NCBI GenBank assembly: GCA_963667565.1
Contig: OY763415.1
Location: 1,248,001 to 1,312,000, forward strand
DNA length: 64,000 nt
Direction of reading: 5' to 3'
Source: Acholeplasmataceae bacterium
GTDB taxonomy: Bacteria; Bacillota_I; Bacilli_A; Acholeplasmatales; Acholeplasmataceae
Of this stretch, positions 8,091-18,573 are shown one piece after another. Position numbers and translations under genes: made by a program. Position 1 is the first letter of the stretch. Each line of letters begins with the position of its first letter. Below the pieces are notes generated by a model. The model had not been told where the DNA came from. It made no database searches and saw nothing but the letters and a program-made list of their open reading frames with translations.

Positions 8091-10230
8091 GAAAAACAAT
8101 ATCGTATTTATTATGATATTATACCTTTTAGGTATATTTATGGGTGCAATCGATACAGGTATCGTAACACCAGCTAGAACCATCATTCAAAACACATTAG
8201 AAATAGATGCTCAGTTAGGTATTTGGATGATTACTATTTATACACTATCTTATGCTGCAAGTATTCCTATCATGGGGAAAATCGCAGACAAGTATGGTAG
8301 AAAATATATATATTTATTAAGTATCACATTATTTGGTTTAGGCTCTTTATTGTCAGGACTTAGTCAATTTGCGGGTAGTTTTACGATGTTACTTATATCT
8401 AGATCTATACAAGCTATTGGTGGTGGTGGTATTATTCCAATTGCTACTGCTGAATTTGGCACGACTTTTCCAAAGGAAAAAAGAGGAATTGCATTAGGTC
8501 TAGTTGGTGGGGTATATGGTATAGCAAATATCTTCGGCGCCTCTGCAGGTAGTCTTATCCTCGATATTTTTGGACAATCAAATTGGAGTTTCATTTTCTT
8601 TATTAATGTACCTATTACTATTTTCATATTAGCATTTGGATTCTTTCTTTTACCAAACACTAAAAATGAATCTGTTAAGAAAATTGACGTATTTGGTATT
8701 TTATTTTTAACACTAACCATACTATCTCTTCTCTATGGATTAAAAAATATAGATTTCTTGGATATTAAGAACTCAATAGTTGATTATCATGTTTGGTTAT
8801 TTGTTTTAATCGCTATTGTTTTATTTCCAATCTTCCTTTATGCTGAGAAGAAAGCTGAAGACCCTGTCGTAAATCTTGCTTATTTTAAAAATAAACAAAT
8901 CGTTATTACATTAACGCTATCTTTTATTTCAGGTATTATTTTAATGGGGACCGTATTCGTTCCTCAATTTGCTGAAAACAGTGTTCGTATTGCATCAGGT
9001 AGTGGTGGATATTATGTGATTGTCTTAGGTATCTTCGCTGGGGTTGGTGCACCAATGTCTGGACGTCTGATTGATAAATTTGGTGTCAAACCTGTCTTAA
9101 GTTTTGGATTTTTAGTCACTGTTATTGCATCTTTATTTGTTGTATTTGTTACTATACCTAATCCAAGTACACTAACAGTGATCGTTAGTTTAATTTTCAT
9201 CGGCCTCGGTCTTGGTTTCTCACTTGGTACACCATTAAATTATATGATGTTAGAAAATACTAATGAAAAAGAGTCAAATTCAGCACTTGCAACATTGTCT
9301 CTTATTCGTTCTATTGGTACAACTATTGCTCCATCAATTATGGTCGCATTCATCGCGTCAGCTGGTATGCTTGTTCAATCAAATGTTACTACTGTTCTTC
9401 CACGGGATTTAACCATTCCACCTGTTGTTTATGCATCTGATATCAAACAAGCATTTGATGATTTTTCACAAAATCCTCAATTCAGTTCTGAATTTTCCGA
9501 TTTCACTTTTCCAGATATGTCAACTGACACATCTTATCCATTATCATTTGATCAAAGTAATTCCGTTGGATCTCTTGATCCTGAAATGATTGCACTTATT
9601 CAATCATCAGATGTTACGACGATAACTGAAAATACGCATGTATTCTATGAATATATTTTAAACACTTATATCCCATATGCAGTTAATGGCATTCAAACAG
9701 GTGTTGAATCTGGTATCGATGCACTTAATCAAAATATTTTAGATATGAATGGCGCATTATTTGGTATCAATATGACCATTAGTTCTCTTCAAACCATGCA
9801 AAGTGAACTTCTTCTTTTGGATCCTAGTGATTATGACGGTTCTAAGGTTACTGATCTTGTATCACCTAGTACAGTGGCATTATTGTCACAAAGTGTTGTT
9901 GACCAATTGAGCGATGTGACAACTTATGATGGATTTATGGCAATACTTGGATCATATCAAGGTCAAAAAATAGGATTAGATTCAGCGATTGCACAACTTA
10001 CGACACTTGTTGACGAAATGACTGCGTTTGATCAAGATATTCCAGTAGAATTTAATCTTGCGATTCAAAACTACTTAACGGATATAGACCAAAATAGACA
10101 AGCGATTGAAGATACCTATCAAACAACAATTAATCAAGGTTTTAGAAACATATATTTATCAACATTAACAGCTGGTTTATTAGGATTTATTGTCTTAAGA
10201 TTTTATACATCCCATAAAAAAGAAAATTAA
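8077..10230 (+). CDS. DHA2/EmrB-type MFS transporter with a large extracytoplasmic insertion
   Basis: GKIADKYGRK, RSIQAIGGGG, WSFIFFINVP, GRLIDKFG; about 250 aa hydrophilic segment before the last TM helix. Confidence 0.88.
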   Translation: MKQNKKNNIVFIMILYLLGIFMGAIDTGIVTPARTIIQNTLEIDAQLGIWMITIYTLSYAASIPIMGKIADKYGRKYIYLLSITLFGLGSLLSGLSQFAGSFTMLLISRSIQAIGGGGIIPIATAEFGTTFPKEKRGIALGLVGGVYGIANIFGASAGSLILDIFGQSNWSFIFFINVPITIFILAFGFFLLPNTKNESVKKIDVFGILFLTLTILSLLYGLKNIDFLDIKNSIVDYHVWLFVLIAIVLFPIFLYAEKKAEDPVVNLAYFKNKQIVITLTLSFISGIILMGTVFVPQFAENSVRIASGSGGYYVIVLGIFAGVGAPMSGRLIDKFGVKPVLSFGFLVTVIASLFVVFVTIPNPSTLTVIVSLIFIGLGLGFSLGTPLNYMMLENTNEKESNSALATLSLIRSIGTTIAPSIMVAFIASAGMLVQSNVTTVLPRDLTIPPVVYASDIKQAFDDFSQNPQFSSEFSDFTFPDMSTDTSYPLSFDQSNSVGSLDPEMIALIQSSDVTTITENTHVFYEYILNTYIPYAVNGIQTGVESGIDALNQNILDMNGALFGINMTISSLQTMQSELLLLDPSDYDGSKVTDLVSPSTVALLSQSVVDQLSDVTTYDGFMAILGSYQGQKIGLDSAIAQLTTLVDEMTAFDQDIPVEFNLAIQNYLTDIDQNRQAIEDTYQTTINQGFRNIYLSTLTAGLLGFIVLRFYTSHKKEN

Positions 10231-10237
10231 AGAAAAT

Positions 10238-10267
10238 AAAAAGTGTAATTAGCAAATTACACTTTTT
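10238..10267. terminator. Bidirectional intrinsic terminator
   Basis: AAAAAGTGTAATT-AGCA-AATTACACTTTTT between the convergent MFS and fructokinase genes. Confidence 0.7.
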
Positions 10268-11225
10268 TTTCTGCTATAAAATCAAGCACTTCTTCATAAC
10301 TAGGCATTGACTGAATAGCTCCAGGTTTGGTGGAAACAATTGCTCCAACTGCATTTGAAAATTCTAAATATTCATACAATTCAATTTCAGCAAGTTCATC
10401 AACATGTTTTCTATGCTTTAACAATTGAAATAGAAACGACCCAATAAAAGCATCTCCAGCACCCGTAGTATCTACTGCTTCAATTTTAAATCCGTCATGT
10501 TTCACCCTGTTATTTTTAGTATAGATGGTTGCTCCATCTTTTCCTTTTGTTAGAATAATGATTTTAACATGACCTCTAAATAACATTTGAATGCTTAATT
10601 CTAAATTGGTTTCTCCTGTAATAAATTCGATTTCTTCATCGCTTATTTTGATGATGTCTGCTTTATCTATATAGTGATTAATAACTTGTTTGTATAGATC
10701 ATGATCATCCCATAATGGCAATCTTACGTTTGGATCAAAACTTATTATCAACCCTTTTTCTCTCGCTATTTTAATTGCTTTGTCGTGTGCTTTCTTCACT
10801 GGAGCATCAATTAAATCAACACTACAAAAGTGAAGAATATCACCTTCATTAAATAGTTTCTCATCGATTTCTTCTTCATTTAATAACATATCAGCACTTG
10901 GATTTCTATAAAAAGAAAAATCTCGTTGACCATCGTTTTTAAGCGAAACAAATGCGAGGCCAGTATGTGCATCTCGAGTTCTTTTGATGTGCGAAACATC
11001 AACACCTATTTTTTGAATTTCTTCAATAATGTGATCACCAAATCCATCTAAACCAAGTTTTGTTAACATCGTTGCATGAATACCTAACTTAGATACACAT
11101 GCACATACATTTGCTGGTGCACCACCGGCAACTCTTCTAAATTCAATAACATTTTTTAATGCTTCACCTTTTTTAAGTGGAATGAAGTCAATAAGTGCTT
11201 CACCAATGCTAATTAATTTATTCAT
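10257..11225 (-). CDS. scrK: PfkB family fructokinase
   Basis: GEALIDF, GGAPANV, FDPNVRLPLW, DTTGAGDAF; adjacent to GH32. Confidence 0.9.
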   Translation of the reverse strand: MNKLISIGEALIDFIPLKKGEALKNVIEFRRVAGGAPANVCACVSKLGIHATMLTKLGLDGFGDHIIEEIQKIGVDVSHIKRTRDAHTGLAFVSLKNDGQRDFSFYRNPSADMLLNEEEIDEKLFNEGDILHFCSVDLIDAPVKKAHDKAIKIAREKGLIISFDPNVRLPLWDDHDLYKQVINHYIDKADIIKISDEEIEFITGETNLELSIQMLFRGHVKIIILTKGKDGATIYTKNNRVKHDGFKIEAVDTTGAGDAFIGSFLFQLLKHRKHVDELAEIELYEYLEFSNAVGAIVSTKPGAIQSMPSYEEVLDFIAEKKV

Positions 11226-12697
11226 ACTTCACCTCTTATAATATCCCATTTATACATTTCGAATTTTGTTAATCCCCCGATTGAAAAAAGACTAACATTC
11301 TGGCTTTCTTGTTTAGGATAAACGAGTCCTGTCATCGTTTTTAATCCATGTTGTAAAAAAATTTCAACACTTGATTTATCGATAAATATCTGTAGATACA
11401 TGTTGTTTTTTTCTAGTTTAACATGCGTTTTTCTGATAAACGCGTCTTTTTCAAATTCCTTGTTTCCTTTAATTTCATAACCCGATTTACGACGATCAAA
11501 TGAAAATTCTTCTAATATAGAGTCATATGTCAAAACCGTCTCTTCTCCAACACCTTTGAATAATTTGATACCAAATGATGTTGCATCTAATACATGAATA
11601 TTAAATATAAATTCACTCACGTATCCTTTGGTTTCAATCATTTGTTCATTTTCAATCATATATATTTTATACTTTTTATGATTTCGATATAATTTTAACT
11701 CATCGATGGGATATTGATACAAATGATGTTCTTTAAATTCTAAAACTCTAGGAATGGTCATTTGACCAGCCCACCCATGATTAAGTTCATGCGTCACATA
11801 GTTTCGTTCCCACATACCCATCCAAGCAATCATAATTCTTCTGTTTTTATCATCTATTGTAGTTTGTGGTGCATAAAAATCGAAACCAGAATCAATTTCA
11901 TCATAAAAATCTTCTATAAATTCAAACGTTGTTTTACTTAAATGTCCAATAAAATATATAGAATGATGAACATTTGAAAACTTATGAGCATCACTTTTAA
12001 TATATTGCGGAGAAACAATTAAAATATCTTTATCATTTAAAGAAAATAAATCTGGACACTCCCACATATCGCCAATAGCTTTATGTGATTTTAATATAGT
12101 ATTCATATACATCCAGTTTGTTAGATTTTTTGAACTATATAGTAAGACCTGTCCAGCACTTTGATCTGATTTTGAACTTACAACCATATAATAGATATCA
12201 TTATCTTTCCATATTTTAGGATCTCTAAAATCAGTAGTGCTTGCATCTTTAGGTAAATCCTTTATCTTTATTATAGGATTTTTTTCTGATCTTTCAAAAT
12301 GAATGAAATCTGTGCTATATGCAATACATTGTTCTTGTCTATCAAAATAGTTTTCTGTATAGATTAGAATCATGTGATCATCGCAAATGATTGCAGATCC
12401 ACTAAATGCTGCACCTTCACCATGTTCCAATTGTAGAGGTGCTAATGCAACATCTACATGTGTCCATGAAACTAAATCTTTTGATATCGCATGACCCCAA
12501 TGCATTGGTCCCCATGATGAATCGTAGGGATGATACTGAAAAAACAAATGATAAATTCCATTATGATACAAAAATCCATTAGGATCATTAAGCCATCCTA
12601 ATTCTGGTGTGAAGTGAAAGTCATGTTTATACATTTGATTAACTTCATGCTTATGATTTTTAATATACTGGTTGGCTTTTTTTATAAATGGATTCAT
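11222..12697 (-). CDS. GH32 beta-fructofuranosidase / sucrose(-6-P) hydrolase
   Basis: WLNDPNG, WGPMHWGHA, FSGSA, FRDP, MWECPD, DFYAPQ. Confidence 0.93.
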   Translation of the reverse strand: MNPFIKKANQYIKNHKHEVNQMYKHDFHFTPELGWLNDPNGFLYHNGIYHLFFQYHPYDSSWGPMHWGHAISKDLVSWTHVDVALAPLQLEHGEGAAFSGSAIICDDHMILIYTENYFDRQEQCIAYSTDFIHFERSEKNPIIKIKDLPKDASTTDFRDPKIWKDNDIYYMVVSSKSDQSAGQVLLYSSKNLTNWMYMNTILKSHKAIGDMWECPDLFSLNDKDILIVSPQYIKSDAHKFSNVHHSIYFIGHLSKTTFEFIEDFYDEIDSGFDFYAPQTTIDDKNRRIMIAWMGMWERNYVTHELNHGWAGQMTIPRVLEFKEHHLYQYPIDELKLYRNHKKYKIYMIENEQMIETKGYVSEFIFNIHVLDATSFGIKLFKGVGEETVLTYDSILEEFSFDRRKSGYEIKGNKEFEKDAFIRKTHVKLEKNNMYLQIFIDKSSVEIFLQHGLKTMTGLVYPKQESQNVSLFSIGGLTKFEMYKWDIIRGEV

Positions 12698-12708
12698 AAA
12701 TTTATCCT

Positions 12709-14562
12709 TTATTCAGCTTTCTTTAGCCATAATACTTCATATGGAGCAATCTTGATATTCACTTCAGAAAAATCAATAGGTCTATGAGAAAACAAGTCCA
12801 TATATAATCCTGAAAAATGATCTTTTTGATACGGTGTTGTTGAGATATGTTTTAACTGCTCTGAAAAATTGAATATACATATCAAGTGATCATGATCAGT
12901 TTTTTTATAAAATGAATATACTGAAATATCATCGTTTTCGATTATGTTTATCGCTACATCACCATTAAATAAATCATCTGTTTTTCTAATATTAATCATT
13001 TCTTGAATACCTGAAAATACTCGATGCTCAAAGGTGTTATGTATTAATCTTTTAGTTGCTCTAGTCCAGTCAAAGAACTGTCTATGTACCCAACGTCCTT
13101 CGTTCTTTTTATCAGGATCATTTAAATATGTATGATCGTTTAAGCTTGCTATTTCATCTCCACTATAAATGAGTGGAATACCTTGATGTGCGATGATCAT
13201 CGCATGTCCTAGTAATATTCTTTTAATGGATATTTCTTGTTCATACATAAATTGTTCGTCAATAGCTTTTTCTAATCCTAAGAGTGATGCAGCAGTACCA
13301 TTTATTCTGGCATCTTTATTGACCTCATTATACTGATAAATTTCACCTTTTGCAAAACTACCAGGAAATCTATTACCATAAAAATCAATTAAGTATTGTT
13401 TATGATGAAACGCGCTAAGTCCAAATGATTCTATGAGTTCTTCATTAAAACCCCAACCAATGTCATCATGGCATCTAAGATAATTCATCCAACAACTATG
13501 CTTAGGTGGTATGTATTTTTTGTTATCATCATTAATTAATCTAACGTCTCTTGTTGCAAAAGCATTCCAAATGTTAACCATAAAATTTGCATTATAAAGC
13601 AATCCACATTCTTCTTTATGCTCATCACCAAAATACTTAAATATTTCATGTGGTTCAACAATCGCTTCCCCTAAAATAGCTAGTGATGGTGCAACAACAT
13701 CTTTGATTATATGAAACATGTGAATAAGATCGTGAATTGGACCTAGATTTCTACAATTTGTTCCTGCTTCTTTCCACATGAAAGGAATTGCATCTAATCG
13801 AATGATGTTAACACCTTTATTTGCTAACTGCAACATGATATCAACCATGTTTTCAAAAACTTTTGGGTTTTTAAAATTTAAGTCCCATTGAAAACTACTA
13901 AATGAAGTAAATACCCATTTATTTATTTCTTTTTTAAAAGTAAAATTTCCTGGACATTTATCGGGTAAAACTTCTGGAACATATTTATCATAAATGTCTG
14001 GTATGCTTCTATCATCAAACATCATATACATGTCTTGATAATATTTATCGCCTTCAAGCGCTTTTTTTGCCCATTGATGCGTATCAGCTGTATGGTTGAT
14101 GACGTAGTCAATACAAACATCAATATGTGCTTCTCTAAAGGTTGTTAGGATTTGATTAAAATCATCATGCGTTCCAAGAATGGGATCGATATCTAAGTAA
14201 TCTTCAACAGCATACCCACCATCATTTTCCCCTTCTCTTGTTTTTAATAACGGCATCAAATGAACATACGTGATACCTAATTCTTGTAAATACTCAATTT
14301 TAGACTCTAATTTCTTTAAGTCGCCTGCAAATAAATCTGTATATACCATGTATCCAATCATATCTTTAGACATATACCATTTTGAAGGTCTTAAATCCAA
14401 TTGATGTAATGAATCACTTCTATCTAAAAATCGTTTTGACATCATATTTAAGAGCGCATCAAAATCCTTCTTGGTTGCCCCAAGTTTTTTATATACTTTA
14501 AAATATATTTGTCTAAGTTCTTTAATATGTCTATTTAATCTTTGTTCATATATTGAATTCAT
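12709..14562 (-). CDS. Amylosucrase / sucrose hydrolase (GH13_4)
   Basis: HLMPLL..REGENDGGYAV, DYVINHTA, QWDLN, RLDAIPFMWK, GEAIV, YLRCHDDIGW, RWVHR. Confidence 0.88.
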   Translation of the reverse strand: MNSIYEQRLNRHIKELRQIYFKVYKKLGATKKDFDALLNMMSKRFLDRSDSLHQLDLRPSKWYMSKDMIGYMVYTDLFAGDLKKLESKIEYLQELGITYVHLMPLLKTREGENDGGYAVEDYLDIDPILGTHDDFNQILTTFREAHIDVCIDYVINHTADTHQWAKKALEGDKYYQDMYMMFDDRSIPDIYDKYVPEVLPDKCPGNFTFKKEINKWVFTSFSSFQWDLNFKNPKVFENMVDIMLQLANKGVNIIRLDAIPFMWKEAGTNCRNLGPIHDLIHMFHIIKDVVAPSLAILGEAIVEPHEIFKYFGDEHKEECGLLYNANFMVNIWNAFATRDVRLINDDNKKYIPPKHSCWMNYLRCHDDIGWGFNEELIESFGLSAFHHKQYLIDFYGNRFPGSFAKGEIYQYNEVNKDARINGTAASLLGLEKAIDEQFMYEQEISIKRILLGHAMIIAHQGIPLIYSGDEIASLNDHTYLNDPDKKNEGRWVHRQFFDWTRATKRLIHNTFEHRVFSGIQEMINIRKTDDLFNGDVAINIIENDDISVYSFYKKTDHDHLICIFNFSEQLKHISTTPYQKDHFSGLYMDLFSHRPIDFSEVNIKIAPYEVLWLKKAE

Positions 14563-14610
14563 AAGTTGCTACCTTCAATTATTATCGTATTTTAATATGA
14601 AAACTATGTA

Positions 14611-14634
14611 AAAAGACCTTGAAATAAGGTCTTT
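14611..14634 (-). terminator. Intrinsic terminator/hairpin after the ABC permeases
   Basis: AAAGACCTT-GAAAT-AAGGTCTTT with a T run on minus. Confidence 0.6.
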
Positions 14635-14644
14635 ATTGAATATT

Positions 14645-15520
14645 TTATTTAATAGCACCTTCTGAGATACCAGAAATAATTTTTCTTTGATAAATAAAGT
14701 AAACAATTGCTATCGGTACAATATTTAATAAGATACCTGGAAAAACCACATCAAATCCAGTACCATACGAACCACCTGCAGCTGATCTTGCTCTATATAA
14801 AGCAAGGGGAAGAGTTGTCATTCCATCTCTAGTTCCTAAAATTAAGAAAGGGAGAAGAAAATCATTAAATATCCAACGTGCGTTTAAAATTGCTGTTGTT
14901 ACTGTAATTGGTGCGACTAATGGCATGACGACCTTACTATAAATTTGCCAAATATTCGCACCATCTATAAATGCTGCTTCTTCTAAGTCTGTTGGAACAC
15001 CTTTAAGAAATCCGTGATATAGGAATACTGTAAATGACAACCCAAACCCTAGATACATAACGATTAATCCTGGAATGTTTCGTAAGTAGAAACTATCCAT
15101 AATTCTTACAAGTGGAAACATAATTGATTGGAATGGAACAAGCATTGAGGCTACTAAAACTAAAAATATAACATTAGATATTTTTGTTTTATTTCTAACC
15201 AACATCCATGCAACAAAAGATGAAACGACACTTAACAGACCAACACTTACAACAGTAACAAATATTGAAACACCTAAAGTTAGAAAATAATCAGTCATAT
15301 CGATATAATTAAGAATATATTGTAAATTCCAAGTTGTAGGTAAAGCATTTGGATTATTAATAATCGTAATCACAGTTAAATCTGCACTACTTGTCGGTTT
15401 AAATGAATTAATTAATAGCAAAAAGAACGGATATAAAAATACCACTGTAAATATAATTAAAATTGCAAAGATAAGATATAAATCCCAATGTTTTTTTAGA
15501 TTTTTAATGAATTTATGCAT
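14645..15520 (-). CDS. Carbohydrate ABC transporter permease (MalG-like)
   Basis: LEEAAFIDGA EAA loop, MLVPFQ, six TM helices. Confidence 0.92.
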   Translation of the reverse strand: MHKFIKNLKKHWDLYLIFAILIIFTVVFLYPFFLLLINSFKPTSSADLTVITIINNPNALPTTWNLQYILNYIDMTDYFLTLGVSIFVTVVSVGLLSVVSSFVAWMLVRNKTKISNVIFLVLVASMLVPFQSIMFPLVRIMDSFYLRNIPGLIVMYLGFGLSFTVFLYHGFLKGVPTDLEEAAFIDGANIWQIYSKVVMPLVAPITVTTAILNARWIFNDFLLPFLILGTRDGMTTLPLALYRARSAAGGSYGTGFDVVFPGILLNIVPIAIVYFIYQRKIISGISEGAIK

Positions 15521-16386
15521 TACATTTCAACCTCACGTTTCTTCGTATATGCGACTTGTGAAATCGTAACAATAGCAATAATCAAGAAAAATATAATTGC
15601 TGCTGCTTGTGCCACACCATAATCATGATGCGAATCTCTTACAGCTATTTTATAGATTTCTAAACTGATCAATGTTGTATCAAAATCTCCATCTGTGAGT
15701 GCTAAATTTTGATCAAACACTTTAAAAGTACCTGATATTGTAACAAATAATGAAATGGTAATCGCTGGCATCAATAATGGTAATGTTACATTCCAAAATC
15801 TTTGAAAACTATTCGCACCATCAATAGTTGATGCTTCTAACAAATGTTTTGGAATTGTATTTAATGATGCTAGGAAAATAATCATTAAATACCCAACAGA
15901 TTGCCAACTTAACATAATCGTCATTGCAAATAAATGTTTTGTTCTATCTTGTAGCATGTAATAGAAAAAACTATCTGGATTATTAAATAAAACTTCACTG
16001 AATAATTGGTTAAAAATAAATGAAAAAATATACCCTAAAACGATACCTCCAATGAAGTTAGGTAAAAATAAAGCAGATCTAAAAATACCTTTTCCATATG
16101 TTATCTTTGAAATTCCTAATGCTAGTAATAATGCAAGACCAATTTGAGTCACAACTGAAAGCACTACTAACTGAAGCGTATACCAAAATGCACTATATAG
16201 TTCTTTATTAGTAAAAACTTTAATATAATTTTGTAAACCCATGAACATAGGTTCGTTTGGATCAAAATAAGTTCCACGCCATGGCATAAATGAATATGCA
16301 AAACCTAGTAAAAATGGTAAAACCATAACGAGTGTAAAGACCGCAAGTGCGGGAATAATGATCCAATAATAATATTTTTTATACAT
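15520..16386 (-). CDS. Carbohydrate ABC transporter permease (MalF-like)
   Basis: GLQNY, WQSVGYLM, LLEASTIDGA, FKVFD. Confidence 0.92.
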   Translation of the reverse strand: MYKKYYYWIIIPALAVFTLVMVLPFLLGFAYSFMPWRGTYFDPNEPMFMGLQNYIKVFTNKELYSAFWYTLQLVVLSVVTQIGLALLLALGISKITYGKGIFRSALFLPNFIGGIVLGYIFSFIFNQLFSEVLFNNPDSFFYYMLQDRTKHLFAMTIMLSWQSVGYLMIIFLASLNTIPKHLLEASTIDGANSFQRFWNVTLPLLMPAITISLFVTISGTFKVFDQNLALTDGDFDTTLISLEIYKIAVRDSHHDYGVAQAAAIIFFLIIAIVTISQVAYTKKREVEM

Positions 16387-16411
16387 CTGTGACCTCCATT
16401 TAATAATGCAC

Positions 16412-16440
16412 TAAGACCCCTCAAGGGTTGAGAGGTCTTA
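16412..16440 (-). other. Intercistronic hairpin after the solute-binding protein gene
   Basis: TAAGACCCCTCAA-GGG-TTGAGAGGTCTTA without a long U tract; likely mRNA-stabilising stem (inference). Confidence 0.55.
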
Positions 16441-16455
16441 AAGCATATTTAATAA

Positions 16456-17940
16456 TTATTGTCTTGCTGCTTCAAAATCAGCTGTTGCTGGTGTTAAAAC
16501 ATTATCAACAAAATCTTGATAAGATCCCCATGGTGTAACTGCCATGAAATCTTCTTGAATGTAAGTTGCTAAATCATCAAACATCCATCCTGAAGGTGTA
16601 CCATCAAATGGAGCACCATAGATTGAACCTAATCCCATGTATGCAACGATTGAGTTACCTAATGAGTTTTCAATTGAATAAACTTCACCAGTAATAGCAG
16701 TTGTTCCAAAATATGGAATAAAGCTGAACGTATTAACTTGAGTGTTAACACCATTAGCACTTGTATTTAAATATACTAAGAAATCCATACCTAATTCAAG
16801 TTCTTTTTCGCTAACTTGTGGATTAAGCGCATAATAGTTTGGTACAAACACTGGAATTGATTCATTTAAGAATGCTGCTTCTGCTGCACTTGCAAATCTA
16901 GCTTTAGTATAATCAACTTTATTTAAATCGATCTTAACAGGTAAGAAAGCTAAATCTGCTAAATAATCTGCAGAAACACCTTCAGTAGCAGCGATTCCGC
17001 CATATGCCCAGTTACCTTGTTTTAAGAATAAAGCTTTACCAGTACCTAATAATGAATTACCTGCATCATAAGTATAGTCAGCAACAAATTTAGGACCAGT
17101 TGTAATACCTTGGCCATCAATTGATGCCATATTGCTTACTTTTAATGTTAATAAATCATAGAAAGCTTCGCCACCAGCAAATTCAACTGTTGATTGTAGT
17201 GTTGCATTTGCCATTGTATCTTGTTCCAAATTATAAATAACATTGAATACATGATTACCATAAGTCCATTTTTCTGCACCCATGACAGAAAATACACCAT
17301 TTAAAGCAGTTGGTAAATTAGCACCTTTGATTTCATAATTTGTACCATCAATGCTAATAGTTGAATCAGTACCAGCTAAAGCTGCTGTAACAGCTTCAAC
17401 AAATGCTTCAAATTCAGCATATGTAGCAGTTCTCATTAATTCAAATGCTGCTTCTTTATCAGTCATATCTAATACTTGAGCTAAGATAGTTTTGTTAACG
17501 ATAAAACCATAACCTTCAACATTTTCAGGAATACCATATTGTGATACACCATCAATTGATAATTTGTGAGCATCATTTATTTTGTCCACTAAAAGAGTTT
17601 TGAAATCTCCAGTAGTATCTTCTAAATTCATGATTTGACCAGCATCAATATGATCTTGTAATTCACTAAAACGTGTTGTGTAAACCGCTGGTTGATTCTT
17701 TGAATTTAAGTCAGCACTTAATAATTGCCCACCTTCATCGCCACCTGCAACAACTTTAACAGTGATATCTTCACCAGTTCTTGCTTCGTAATCTGCTTCC
17801 CACTCTGCAACTAACGTAGGTAGAGTATCAGCTGTTTCAGCTTTATTTGAGTAAATATATACATCATAAGCTGAACTTGAACATGCAGTAATAGTTAATG
17901 CAAACACAGTAACTAAAACTAATAAAAATAATTTCTTCAT
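16456..17940 (-). CDS. Sugar ABC transporter solute-binding lipoprotein
   Basis: Lipobox ITAC, YGIPENVEGYGFIVNK, LKQGNW; precedes two permeases. Confidence 0.9.
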   Translation of the reverse strand: MKKLFLLVLVTVFALTITACSSSAYDVYIYSNKAETADTLPTLVAEWEADYEARTGEDITVKVVAGGDEGGQLLSADLNSKNQPAVYTTRFSELQDHIDAGQIMNLEDTTGDFKTLLVDKINDAHKLSIDGVSQYGIPENVEGYGFIVNKTILAQVLDMTDKEAAFELMRTATYAEFEAFVEAVTAALAGTDSTISIDGTNYEIKGANLPTALNGVFSVMGAEKWTYGNHVFNVIYNLEQDTMANATLQSTVEFAGGEAFYDLLTLKVSNMASIDGQGITTGPKFVADYTYDAGNSLLGTGKALFLKQGNWAYGGIAATEGVSADYLADLAFLPVKIDLNKVDYTKARFASAAEAAFLNESIPVFVPNYYALNPQVSEKELELGMDFLVYLNTSANGVNTQVNTFSFIPYFGTTAITGEVYSIENSLGNSIVAYMGLGSIYGAPFDGTPSGWMFDDLATYIQEDFMAVTPWGSYQDFVDNVLTPATADFEAARQ

Positions 17941-18039
17941 TCTTTTCCTCCTAAAATTTATATAATTTCACTCCACCTTAAAATTAAACTTATTCTATCT
18001 GTAAGATATGCTATAATATCAAACATAAGGAGATGAATT

Positions 18040-18453
18040 ATGAAAAAATCATACTCATGGATAGAATTTTTAATTGGATTAGTTGGAGTGCTTATACACA
18101 CAATTGTAGTTTTGTTCATCATATCATATGTATTATATCCAGATGCACTTGAAGTGATGATTGATGTCACTCAAGGTGATGAACAAGCAATGTTGATGCA
18201 ATTTGCATCAGATGTCAATGATTTGGGATTTATGGTCTATGCAGGTTCGCTCATCATTATATTTGAATGGCTTGCCATTTTCAAAACTAAAAAGATATTT
18301 AATCAATATACACCAGTTTGGATCTCTTTTTTAATCCTAGGTTCATTATATGCTTATGTATATTTTGGTGGATTGTTAGCAGCAGTGTGTTTATTCTTAT
18401 CTGGTACAATCAATTTAGTTAAATACTTAGTCTCAAAGAATTCAAAAGTCTAA
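18040..18453 (+). CDS. Hypothetical small 4-TM membrane protein
   Basis: AAGGAG RBS, TGcTATAAT at 18009-18017, four hydrophobic segments. Confidence 0.75.
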   Translation: MKKSYSWIEFLIGLVGVLIHTIVVLFIISYVLYPDALEVMIDVTQGDEQAMLMQFASDVNDLGFMVYAGSLIIIFEWLAIFKTKKIFNQYTPVWISFLILGSLYAYVYFGGLLAAVCLFLSGTINLVKYLVSKNSKV

Positions 18454-18476
18454 ATTGAATTCAATTTTTATTTTCA

Positions 18477-18561
18477 ATGTGGAAAGGTTTCCATATTGTT
18501 CCCAAAAAAAAGGTGGTACCTTCTTAATTAGAATATACCACGTTTATGTAAGCGTTGTCAA
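18477..18561 (-). promoter_or_regulatory. Sigma-A promoter with cre-like site and LacI-type operator, probably driving the sugar ABC operon
   Basis: Minus strand TTGACA (18561-18556)-18 nt-TATATT with TG extension; TGTAAGCGTTGTCA (18547-18560); near-palindrome ATGTGGAAAG/GTTTCCATAT (18477-18496). Confidence 0.65.
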
Positions 18562-18573
18562 CCCTTATTTTTT

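Noticed and set aside
8364..9200. Minus-strand ORFs of 118 and 62 aa
   Set aside because: Shadow ORFs antisense to the MFS gene
14645..17940. No ATPase gene in this sugar ABC locus or in the visible part of the 52.6-64 kb locus
   Set aside because: Normal for Gram-positive CUT1 importers, which share an MsmK/MsmX ATPase encoded elsewhere
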